Shown here piece after piece: positions 13,022 through 23,559 of a stretch of DNA of 64,000 nucleotides. The notes under the pieces are model-generated. The model saw only the letters and a list, made by a program, of their open reading frames with translations, had not been told where the DNA came from and made no database searches. The translations under genes and the position numbers were made by a program. Source of the DNA: Eledone cirrhosa (Eukaryota); NCBI GenBank assembly GCA_964016885.1, contig OZ024741.1, positions 114,514,001-114,578,000 of the forward strand, written 5' to 3'. Position 1 is the stretch's first letter, and each line of letters begins with the position of its first letter.

Positions 13022-16000
13022 ATGACCTCACTCAGAATAGGCAGCATAAATGCGCGTGGCTTGGGGTCGTCATGGAAGCAGGGTCACCTGCTCAACGACC
13101 TCAGGTCACTAAACATAGATGTAGTGGCCATCAGCGAGACCAGAATCTCCGAAGCACGGGCCTTCGCACCGATCTTCGGCGGCTACGATGTGTACGCATC
13201 TCCCAGCCGTCCTGGATCGGGTGGAGGAGTTGCTGTGCTTTTTCGGAGAGGTTTGGATCTCGCCATACGGGCCATCTTCCTGGACCCAGAGGGTAAGCTG
13301 GTGGTGCTGGACGTGACCAGCGGAGACGGGCAAGCTTTCAGGCTAGTGGCCGTCTATGCCCCGACAGGAGCAGGGCGGCCTGATTTCTTCCGGCGTCTGG
13401 AGACCTTTCTTGGAACGTCCCGCTCTTTAGTGTTAGTGGGCGACTGGAACGGGATCTTAGATGCACGCTGGGACTGTGTGGGATTAGCGGATAGGGGTGG
13501 AGGGTGCAAGAGCCTCACCAACCTGCTCAGGCGTTTTGAACTGTCTGACAGGTACCGATTGGATTTCCCGAATGTGCCAATGTGGACTTGGACAAACCGC
13601 ATAGGGTCATCCAGATCATATCTAGATAGAGTATTTTGTAGGGAAATAGATAGGTCTATCATAGGCTGTCCACAATTCAAGATAGTCAGCTACACGGACC
13701 ACAAATTCGTGATCTGTGTGCTTGACTTAGATAGGCTTCATAGACGAGGAACCGGCTACTGGAAGCTAAACGCGTCCTTACCAGCGCGCAAGGCCTACAG
13801 AGACCGGATTAGCGAACTAGTTAAGCGGGCGTTGACGGGGGCCATCGTCAACAACAAGTGGTGGTTTGCTCTGAAAAGAGCGATTAGAATAGAATCGATT
13901 AGGTTTAGTAAGGCTTTAGCAATAGAGAAAAATAGAGCAGAGGGAGAACTAGTTAGAAAATTAGACGAGGCGCTTAGCAAAGGCATTGCGACCGACGTGC
14001 TTGCGGCGAAATTGGCCCTTGACCAATTCTTCAATGCAAAGCACGAAGGCTGCGTTGTCATAGCAAGGGTGCGTGCTCTCAGACACGAGGGGACGAAAGC
14101 CGTTCAATGGGCCCGAGTGGCGGAGGCGCGTCGTGGCAACAAAGCCACGATCCGGTCTTTGGTGGACCACGACGGGCGCATGCTACTCGATCCCGGGCAA
14201 ATGTGTGAAGTTTTTCAGCGACACTTCGCTCAGCTGTTCGGGGGCAGCGGTGGGCCGGGTAGAGGGATGGACTTTAGTGTCTACCTCGACGGACTGCCGC
14301 GGCTCTCGGCCACTGAGGCGAAGTGTTGCGAAAAGCCGATAACAGCCGCTGAAGTAAGGGAGGCAATGACTGGCTGCACAAGGGGTAAATCGCCTGGTTT
14401 GGATGGTCTGCCCTATGAACTTTACGTACAGATGCCAGAATTGTTCGGAGGCCTCTTGGCGGACGTCTACTGCAACTGGCAACAGAACGGGAGAATTCCC
14501 AGTTCTGTGAGCCGAGGAGCGGTGGCACTGCTGAGAAAGGATCCGAACAAGGGGGATAACATAGACAATTTCCGGCCCATAACTCTGCTAAACACAGAGT
14601 TCAAGATTTTGGCCAAGGTGCTAGCAAAGAGGTTGGCGCTTGTCGTTGGTGGTCTGGTGGGAGAGGCGCAAACATGCGCCATTCCCGACAGATCCATCCA
14701 CGACAACCTCCACCTCATGCGATACATCATAGAGAGGGTAGCTAAGGAACCTGGCACGGGTGGGTCCTTGATCAATTTAGATCAGTCGAAAGCTTTCGAT
14801 AGGGTCGACCATCGTTACCTAGCGGCAGTCCTGAGGGCGGCTGGCTTTGGGCCCGTCTTCAGAGGCAGGATCGCTGCCATGCACAGCGACATCTGCTCTG
14901 TGGTGAGAGTGAACGGTCACCTGTCGGAACCGTTCAACATCATGCGCTCGGTCCGCCAAGGATGTCCCCTCTCGTCCCTCTTGTACGTATTGACTCTCGA
15001 GCCATTACTGCACAAACTGGAGACGTTGAGGGGAGTCCCGCGCGAACTAGGATGCGGAAGATCCGTGTCAGCATATGCGGACGATGTCACCGTAGTGGTG
15101 TCGAACGCCAAACACATCGAGGCGATCGGCACTACACTAAGAGAATACGAAGCGGTGACAGGAGCAATGATCAACCAGGAAAAGTCAGTGGGCCTGCAGC
15201 TCGGCACCTGGAGAGGCAGGTCCATGCCGTCCAACAGCGTCGTCGGACACTGGACGGACGGACCGGTTAAATTGCTAGAGTTCTGGTTCGGTCCGGACCT
15301 CCAGACGGACAAAAACTGGGACGAGGTGACGAGCAGGGTGGCTTCTCTCACCCAGAAATGGGCGGAGAGGAAGCTATCCCTGAAAGGTCGAGCGGAGGTG
15401 GCTAACGCGTACATCGCTTCTGTCATCTGCTACCGCCTGACCGTCGTACCTTGTCCTAAGCCTCGCCTGACTGCGCTGGAGCGTTTGCTCTTTCGCTTTT
15501 TGTGGAAGGGACGTGCTCCGATGGTCAGGCGGTCCATCTGTTGTCAACACCCGCTACGTGGAGGGCTGGGCATGCCGTGGCTGATGATGCGCAGGCACGC
15601 GCTCAGGCTACGACATCTCCACCTCTTCCTCGACAGTGATCAGGTGTGGTCGCCGTTTGCTAGGCGCGTATTTCCCCAGCTCGTTTCCTTGACGGAGCTG
15701 CAGTCCTGGGTCAAGCGAAGACCGAGAGGGAGCGCCTGGAGACTGGAATGTCTTCAGGCGCTCACAGCCCTCGACCAATCGGGCAATGTGATCGGTGGAA
15801 ACTCCACCTCGGCGTTCTATAGAGGATTAGTGGAGGGTAAGAGCGACGACGTACTTGGGGAAACTCTAGGCGTCGACGAAAATCAACTAGCCAATCTCTT
15901 CGGAAGAACTTTCGGGCCGGGGCCTATGGACAACTTCCAGAAATCTCTGGCCCGGCAGTGCTACCGAGGAGCCTTGCCAGTTCGGGATAAACTCTACAGG

Positions 16001-16441
16001 CATGGAGGTGCCGTCAGCCGGGCTTGTCCGAGATGCGCGCAGGGCGACGAAACCGTCCTGCACGCACTCGTCCAGTGTCCGAAAATTGCTGACTTGTGGG
16101 TTTATGTCGAACACCTGCTGTCGCGTTTAGGACGGAGCCGGCTATCATCTGAGTCCATCGTGAGGATTGCCCCGCCCTCCTCCTTTAGCCGGGAAGGGCA
16201 GGCAGTTTTTATCTGTCTGGTGGCCATGGCGAAAGAGATAGTATGGTGGACACGTTTGAAAGGGCTGAAGACGAGCACTTACCTCTTCGGTGATGCTCTG
16301 ATTGACTTTTTCAAATTTCATTTGAAAAGGAAAATCAGAGTAGAGAGGGAAGTGCTCTCTTCCCAGCATTTTGTTGAAAGATGGTTGAGAGAAGCAAGAA
16401 TGGCCCGAGTGAATGGGCCTACTCTGAGTATATATCTGTAA
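13022..16441 (+). CDS. Tx1 ORF2: APE endonuclease + reverse transcriptase + C-terminal zinc finger, 1139 aa, uninterrupted
   Basis: SINARG, SET, YAP, GDWN, SYLDR, TDH (endonuclease). KSPGLDG, FRPITLLN, LDQSKAFD, QGCPLS, YADD (RT). CPRC...ETVLH...C (zinc finger). Confidence 0.97.
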   Translation: MTSLRIGSINARGLGSSWKQGHLLNDLRSLNIDVVAISETRISEARAFAPIFGGYDVYASPSRPGSGGGVAVLFRRGLDLAIRAIFLDPEGKLVVLDVTSGDGQAFRLVAVYAPTGAGRPDFFRRLETFLGTSRSLVLVGDWNGILDARWDCVGLADRGGGCKSLTNLLRRFELSDRYRLDFPNVPMWTWTNRIGSSRSYLDRVFCREIDRSIIGCPQFKIVSYTDHKFVICVLDLDRLHRRGTGYWKLNASLPARKAYRDRISELVKRALTGAIVNNKWWFALKRAIRIESIRFSKALAIEKNRAEGELVRKLDEALSKGIATDVLAAKLALDQFFNAKHEGCVVIARVRALRHEGTKAVQWARVAEARRGNKATIRSLVDHDGRMLLDPGQMCEVFQRHFAQLFGGSGGPGRGMDFSVYLDGLPRLSATEAKCCEKPITAAEVREAMTGCTRGKSPGLDGLPYELYVQMPELFGGLLADVYCNWQQNGRIPSSVSRGAVALLRKDPNKGDNIDNFRPITLLNTEFKILAKVLAKRLALVVGGLVGEAQTCAIPDRSIHDNLHLMRYIIERVAKEPGTGGSLINLDQSKAFDRVDHRYLAAVLRAAGFGPVFRGRIAAMHSDICSVVRVNGHLSEPFNIMRSVRQGCPLSSLLYVLTLEPLLHKLETLRGVPRELGCGRSVSAYADDVTVVVSNAKHIEAIGTTLREYEAVTGAMINQEKSVGLQLGTWRGRSMPSNSVVGHWTDGPVKLLEFWFGPDLQTDKNWDEVTSRVASLTQKWAERKLSLKGRAEVANAYIASVICYRLTVVPCPKPRLTALERLLFRFLWKGRAPMVRRSICCQHPLRGGLGMPWLMMRRHALRLRHLHLFLDSDQVWSPFARRVFPQLVSLTELQSWVKRRPRGSAWRLECLQALTALDQSGNVIGGNSTSAFYRGLVEGKSDDVLGETLGVDENQLANLFGRTFGPGPMDNFQKSLARQCYRGALPVRDKLYRHGGAVSRACPRCAQGDETVLHALVQCPKIADLWVYVEHLLSRLGRSRLSSESIVRIAPPSSFSREGQAVFICLVAMAKEIVWWTRLKGLKTSTYLFGDALIDFFKFHLKRKIRVEREVLSSQHFVERWLREARMARVNGPTLSIYL

Positions 16442-16938
16442 ATTAAAGGTGGAAAACTGGGAGAGGGCACTTGCCTTGGTGGTCAGGGTCACTGTGGCCT
16501 TTTACTGGGCTTTCTCCACAAATGTCCCTCCGAAGTCTCCCCCCTATTGGGGAATTTTTCATTGTTATTTTCATTGTTATTTTTTGTTACATCCTCTGTT
16601 TTTGTTTTTTACACGCAGAAATGCCCATTTGTACCGTCCTGCATTGTCCTGCACTGTCCTTAATGTCTACTTTATGTAAACCCTTGTGGTTAATAAAGAA
16701 ATCATTATTATCATTATTATTATTATTGACGAAAGTGGATGTACGTTTTTTGAAGCTCCGTGAGTAAGCAATTTTTTGAGGATTAATTCTGGAGAATTGT
16801 TTATTTTTTTGTACCGCTGAAGCATTATAAGACATTCATTTGTATCCTGTGAAGGAATAATTCATAATATTTGGGCCTTTTGGCCCAAATATTTCAACTT
16901 TATTTTGGAAAAATAATAATTTTTTTCCTCAAAAAAAC

Positions 16939-18855
16939 ATGGCGGAGCCACGCCCCCTAGAGGCAGGTCTGCTGTCGTGCAACGGCGACTTGAGCGTTGA
17001 GAGGAGAGGTGGGGCGAGGAGCGCCACCAGCACGAGTGTGAGCAGCGACAGTGCCAGCACCAACGGGCCGAGCGGCGCGGAAGGTGGTAACAGCGACAAC
17101 ACCAACACCAACAAGCCGAACAGCGTAGAAGGTGGTAATAGCGAGAGCACCAACAAAACGAACAGCACAGAGAGTAATAGTAGCGACAGCAGCAGCACCA
17201 ACAAGGCCAACAGCACAGAGGGTAACCACGACACAGGGGAGAACAACAACAGCAATAGCAGCAGCAACACCAACAAGAACAACAACAGTGACAACACCAA
17301 CAAGAACACCTTCGCTGCTGTGGCAGCGGCTAAAAGGAGACCATGCTACAGCATCGACTTAACCAACAGAGAGGAAAAGTTGGCCCAGGCCTGGAAAATC
17401 ATAAATCAAGAGCAGACGTGACCTGGGCAAACTTAACTGTCCCGGCAGAAGCCATTGAGGCAGTGGAAAAAAGAACGGTGCATTTCAGATGCATCTCAGT
17501 AGAGACAAAGAGGGCAGCGATAATCGCCCAAGCTGATATAGAAGCCGCACTGAAATACATCAGAGAGGACACAGACTTCATAGAGAGGGGCAGGCAATAC
17601 GGCACCGTTTCGGTGCTGTTCAAGTCTGAAGCCCTCGCTGTGAAGCATTCAATGACCCCTTGCAAAACCAGCAAGGTCATAATGTACCCCTCCCACATGG
17701 GAAAACGAATAGCACGTGTGCGCATTCCCAGGATTCCACCAGGACTTGATATGTGGTGGCTCCTGGGTTGCGTAATCGTGGAAGGAACGGATACAGTCCC
17801 GGTAGAGGAAACGAGAACTGCCAGGGACGACTGGTCCGGGGTTGATCTGGAGATACTGCTCCAAATCAGACCCGAAAACGTAAAAGCAATCCCGGACCAC
17901 ATCCGCCTCCAAAACGGGAGGGTGTTGCATATAATGACTGAGGGCAAAAGGCCGCATTGTTTCCTTTGTGGGGAAACGACACACTTGCGAGCCTTCTGCC
18001 CTCAACTGCCGAAAAGCGCAAGGGGTCGAAAGATTCCACTGCTGGCGACGCCGGGACAAGGACCACCAGCAACACCGTCAACAATGGAACCACCAAAATT
18101 GCACACCCAGGGGGGAAACGAGGAAAGCTCTCCCATTCCCCCTCCCCCCCCCCAAAATACACACACGAACAAGAACATAAACACTCACTCAGACACAAAC
18201 ACGCTCACAGCCACAGACCCCTCATCCTCCAGCAGTGAAGATGAGGGAAAACCAAAGTCCCCCAAAATACAAAAAACAAAACACAAAAAAAAGAAATCCA
18301 CAAAGCACAAACACCCCCACAAAAAAAAATACACACACGACCCACACAAACATTTTCCCCACAGCATCACCAACACAACCACCAAAATCCCCCAAACGCA
18401 AACAAGCTAAACAGACACAAGAACAAATAGACACACAAACATCAGAAACTACAGACACCACACCCACAACAAACGCAGACACAATAGAAACAACACTAAC
18501 AAAGCTATCACCACCACAATCACACGAACAAATAAAACCCGAGCAACAAAACATTAAAAACTTCGTGCTTGCCAGAAGGGCCAACAAGGAATTGATGGCC
18601 CATGTAGCACGAAGCACAAACATCGAAAAAGAGGGGGAAACATTTGAAGCGAGCACATTTCGCGTACCAGATAATTTGCTTCTGATGCGAATGTCGCTCG
18701 CTTCATACAAAGAAATTCGAAAGAGCTTTCCTCGGGATGTGGGAACCCCGAACGTAAAACCCACTTCAAGACTATTAAAGGGGTTCCCAAAAGAAACCCC
18801 ACAAACCATGGAGGTCGAACCACCCGACCTTCACAAGACCCCGGAAGGTAAGTAA
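16939..18855 (+). pseudogene. Copy C ORF1, two frameshifts
   Basis: Three overlapping frames. N/S-rich N-terminus, CFLCGETTHLRAFC knuckle, conserved C-terminal domain. Confidence 0.88.
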
Positions 18856-18884
18856 ACCTTTCCTCTCCCATTCATCCTGCCAGC

Positions 18885-21800
18885 ATGGCCATAAGAGTAG
18901 GAAGTTTAAATTTTCGTGGCCTGGGGTCGCCCTGGAAGCAAGGTCACTTACTCAACGACCTCAGGTCACTAGGAATGGATGTAATTGCCATCAGCGAGAC
19001 CAGAATTTCCGACACACGCGCACTGGCGCCGATTTTCGACGATTATCAGATCTTTGCATCTGTTAGTCGGCCGGGAATGGGAGGTGGAGTGGCTGTGCTG
19101 TTTAGGAAATGTCTGGATCTCGAGGTAAGGTCAATCTTCCGGGATCCTGACGGAAAGTTGGTGGTCCTGGACGTGAGCAATAGCGAAAGTGGTGCCTTTA
19201 GACTGGTGGCCGTCTACGCCCCTACTGGGGCCGGTCGGCCGGACTTCTTTAGGCGCCTGGAAAACTTTCTGCTTACGTCTCGCCCTTTACTGTTAATAGG
19301 GGATTGGAATGGCATCTTAGAAGCACGCTGGGATTGTGTGGGAGTATCTGATAGGAGCGGGGGGTGCAAAAGCCTCAAGTACCTGATCAGCCAGTTTCAA
19401 CTGTCTGACAGGTACCGACTAGATTTCCCTAATGCGCCAGTATGGACCTGGACCAATCGCATAGGGTCATCTAGATCGTACATAGATAGGATTTTCATTA
19501 GGAAAAGAGATAGAAATAGTGTAGGATGTCCACATTTTAAAACGGTTGCCTATTCAGATCACAAGCTTGTGATCTGTATGGTCGACCTAGATAAGACACG
19601 TAGGTTAGGACCTAGCTACTGGAAGCTAAACATGTCGTTTCCGGCACGTAAAGCTTACAGGGACCGGGTCAACAACTTAGTTAAGCAAAAGTTGACATGG
19701 GGGGGGGTTGTCAACAACAGGTGGTGGGGGGGCTCTCAAAAGAGAGATTAGAGCAACCTCGATAGGATTTAGCAAAGAAGTAGCAATAGAGAAAAATAGA
19801 AAGGAGGAGGGGCTGATAGCTAAGTTAGACGAGGCTATTTGTAGTGGCATTGCAACAGACGTGCTAGCGGCGAGAATGGCACTAGACCATTTCTTCAATG
19901 CGAAATACGAAGGTTGCATTGTCAGAGCTAAGGCGCGTGCTCTGAGGAACGAGGGAACCAAAGCTGCCCGATGGGCTCGCTTTGCAGAGACGCAGCGTGG
20001 AAATAAAACCACAATTCGGTCTTTGACGGATCGAGATGGACACGAACTGAGCGATTCCAAGCAGATGTGTGAGGCCTTTCGCCAGCACTTTGCTCGATTG
20101 TTCGGGAGGATGGGTGAGTCGGAGACGGCGGCGGACTTCAGTCCCTACCTCGACGGCTTGCCACGCCTCTCGACGGCCGACGCTGAGCGCTGCGAAGAGC
20201 CGATAACATCAGTCGAAATTCAGGACGCCCTTGTCGGCTGCTCGAGTCGCAAGTCACCCGGTTTGGATGGTCTGCCCTACGAGCTTTACGTAAATATGCC
20301 AGACTTGTTCTCCGATCTCCTCGAAGCGCTCTACTGCAACTGGCAGCAGAACGGGAGCATTCCCAGTTCTGTGAGCCGTGGCGTAGTGACGCTGATAAGG
20401 AAAGACGAGAACAAGAGGGACACACTAGATAATTTCAGGCCCATAACCCTGCTCAACACAGAGTTTAAGATTTTGGCCAAGGTGTTAGCGAAAAGGTTGG
20501 CGCTTGTAGTCAAAGATTTGGTTGGGGAGGCGCAAACTTGCACAATCCCGACCAGGTCCATATACGACAACCTCCACCTCATGCGATACATCATAGAGAG
20601 GGTTGGGTGCAAACCTGGCTTCGGTGGGGCTCTGATCAATTTAGATCAATCGAAAGCATTCGATAGGGTCGACCATCGGTACTTGGAGGCTGTCCTCGAG
20701 GCGGCTGGCTTCGGCCCCGTCTTCAGAAGCTGGATCGCTGCAATGTACAGCGGCATCTGCTCGGTGGTCAAAGTTAATGGCCACCTCTCGGAACCGTTTC
20801 AGATCTCTCGATCGGTCCGTCAAGGGTGCCCTCTCTCCTCACTTCTGTACGTATTGACTCTTGAGCCTCTACTGCGGAAGCTGGAGTTGTTGCAGGGCAT
20901 CCCACTCGAACCGGGACGTAGAAAGGCTGCGTCCGCTTATGCGGACGACATCACCGTGATGGTGTCGGACACCTCGGAAATCGAGGTGATCCGCACCCAT
21001 TTGGAGGAATATGAAAGGTTGACGGGAGCAAAACTTAACCCGGAAAAGTCGGTGGGCTTGCAGCTCGGCACCTGGAGAGGCAAGTCCATGCCGTCCAACA
21101 GCGTCGTTGGGCGCTGGACAGACGGACCGGTAAAGTTGCTCGGGGTTTGGTTCGGACCAGACCTCCAGGTGGATAAGAATTGGGACGAGGTGACGAGCAG
21201 GATAGCCAACCTCACCCAGAAATGGGCTGAGAGAAAGCTATCACTGAAAGGGCGGGCGGAGGTGGCGAACGCGTACATCGCGTCCATCATCTACTACCGC
21301 CTGACCGTCGTGCCTTGCCCCCGTCCACGCCTCGCCAATTTGGAACTGCTCCTTTTCAAATTTTTGTGGAGGGGACGGGTCCCGTTGGTGAGGCGGTCCA
21401 TCTGCTGCCAGCACCCGCTTCGTGGAGGGCTGGGCATGCCGTGGCTAATGATGCGCAGACATGCGCTGAGGCTGCGACATCTCCAGATATTTTGCCTAAA
21501 CGGTGAACAGGTGTGGTCGCCGTTTGTTAGACGGGCCTTTCCGCAGCTCATCTCTTTGACTGAGCTGCAGTCCTGGGTCAAGAAGAGACCGAGACTGGGC
21601 GACTGGCATCTGGAATGTTGCCAGGCGCTCACTGTACTCTGCAAGGTGGGCAATGCGGTCAGTGGAACTTCCACTCAAGATTTCTATAGAGGATTAGTGG
21701 AGGGCAAGTACGATGACGTACTAGGAGAGGCTCTAGGCGTCAACGAAGTAGAACTGACCAGTATGTTCCGGAGGACTTTCGAGCCGGGGACGATGGATAA

Positions 21801-22308
21801 CTTCCAGAAATCCCTCGCTTGGCAGTGCTACCGGGGGGCGCTGCCGGTTCGGGATGAACTCTACAGGCACGGAAGTGCTGTCAGACGAACCTGCCCGAGA
21901 TGCGCGCAGAGCGACGAAACCGTTCTGCACGCACTCGTCCAGTGTCCGTGCATTGCTGACTTGTGGGGTTATGTCGAACAGCTATTGTCGCGTGTAGAAC
22001 GGATCCGGCTATCGTCCGAGTCCATAGTGAAGATTGACCCGCCGCCTTCTTTTCGTCAGGAAGGGCAGGCAATTTTCCTCTGCCTGGTGGCAGTAGCGAA
22101 AGAGGTTGCATGGTGGACCAAGTTGAAAGGACTGAAGACAGACACTTTTCTCTTCGGCCAATCCCTCATCAACTTCTTCAAGTTTCACTTGGAAAGGAAG
22201 GTGAGGGTGGAGAGAGAAGTGCTGCCCCCCAGTACATTTACTGAAAGGTGGGTGAATGTGGCGAGAATGGCCCGCGTGAGTGGGCCTACTCTGATCATGC
22301 GCCTGTAG
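18885..22308 (+). pseudogene. Copy C ORF2 (EN-RT-zf), frameshifted at the G-runs near 19700-19735
   Basis: The 288-aa EN ORF and the 866-aa RT ORF (YADD) overlap at homopolymer runs, so this may be an assembly error. Confidence 0.92.
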
Positions 22309-22575
22309 GCTGGTGAATTCGAGAAGGAGAGGGGTGCCGTTCCCGGGTGCCATAGGAGCGTCGGGTGGCTCAGGACTGGTGGGGTGCTTGAGTCAACTCT
22401 GGGTGGTGATCCCTCTTATTGGGGAACTTTCATTGTTGTATTTTTATTGTTATTTTGTTTTTTGTTATTTATACTTACTCGATCTCTATGTAAACCCCCA
22501 CTGTCCCTGTCTATTGTGTTGTCCCCTATATGTCGGCCCTTGTGGCCAATAAATGAAATCATTATTATTATTATT

Positions 22576-22772
22576 AACATTTTCATTTTCATTGTTTATA
22601 TATATATGTTTCTATGTCTTTTTCTTTTCTTATATAAATAATAAAAATCTTTACACGCACAAAACCCACATCGTACCGTCCTGTACCGTCCTGTACCGTC
22701 CTGTGCCGTCTGTAATATTTTTCTTGATGTCAGCTCTTGTGGCCAATAAAGAAATCATCATTATTATTATTA
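22576..22772 (+). mobile_element. 3'-UTR-only Tx1 fragment with its own AATAAA and (ATT)n tail
   Basis: TTTACACGCA.AAA, (GTACCGTCCT)x3 and CTTGTGGCCAATAAAGAAATC match the 3' UTR of B. Confidence 0.85.
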
Positions 22773-22778
22773 CTGTAA

Positions 22779-22951
22779 GGCAGTATCGGTAGAGGGTTGG
22801 AAGCCATGCTTTCTAGCATAGTTACGCCCCTTTACGGTCTGAGTTCAAATCCCGTCGAGGTTAACTTTGCCTTTCATCCTTATGGGGTCGATAAAATAAA
22901 GTACCAGTAATGTACTGGGTAATTGCTGGCCTTGTGCCAAAAGTAGAAACA
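22779..22951 (+). mobile_element. SINE family 1 with a ~19-bp target-site duplication
   Basis: ATTATTATTATTACTGTAA at 22760-22778 and at 22952-22970. Confidence 0.9.
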
Positions 22952-23059
22952 ATTATTATTATTACTGTAAATAAAAAAAAATTGTTTCAATAGAAAAAAA
23001 AAAATAGTAGCGAAATATAAAATGATTGAAAGGTAGTTTATCCTGTAACTACTCTGCCT

Positions 23060-23275
23060 ATCTACTAGAGGTACAAGGACAGCAATTTTTTCGGTGGGAG
23101 GGAACTGTCGACTAAATCGACTCCAGTGCATTACTGGTGCTTTATTTTATCGACTCCGAAAGGATGAAAGGCAAAGCTAACCACGACGGGATTTGAAATC
23201 AGAACGTAAAGGGCCGTAATTCTATGCCGCGAACCATGTGTCCGACGCTCTACCGATACTGCTAATCTACCGCCC
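23060..23275 (-). mobile_element. SINE family 1 variant
   Basis: Same A/B boxes and central core. The head abuts copy D's tail. Confidence 0.85.
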
Positions 23276-23311
<36 letters not shown>

Positions 23312-23559
23312 TTTCTTTATTAACCACAAGGGTTTACATAAAGTAGACATTAAGGACAGTGCAGGACAATACAGTACGGTACAAATGGGCATTTCTGCGT
23401 GTAAAAAACAAAAACAGAGGATGTAACAAAAAATAACAACGAAAAATTCCCCAATAGGGGGGAGACTTCGGAGGGACATTTGTGGAGAAAGCCCAGTAAA
23501 AGGCCACAGTGACCCTGACCACCAAGGCAAGTGCCCTCTCCCAGTTTTCCACCTTTAAT

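Larger units (their letters stand above)
10960..16727 (+). mobile_element. Tx1/L1-clade LINE copy B (5' UTR missing, ORF2 intact)
   Basis: ORF1 plus ORF2, AATAAA at 16692, (ATT)n tail 16701-16727. Confidence 0.95.
16728..22575 (+). mobile_element. Tx1/L1-clade LINE copy C, full length, a different family from B
   Basis: Starts immediately after B's (ATT)n tail. Has 5' UTR, ORF1, ORF2, AATAAA and (ATT)n tail 22561-22575. Confidence 0.95.

Noticed and set aside
10788-16571. True LTR retrotransposon
   Set aside because: No TG...CA termini, primer-binding site, integrase or protease. The ORF2 is APE-RT, and the repeat is the LINE's own 3' region.
19695-19740. Programmed frameshift between EN and RT in copy C
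   Set aside because: It occurs in G homopolymers, and the homologous region of copy B is uninterrupted. Mutation or sequencing error is more likely.
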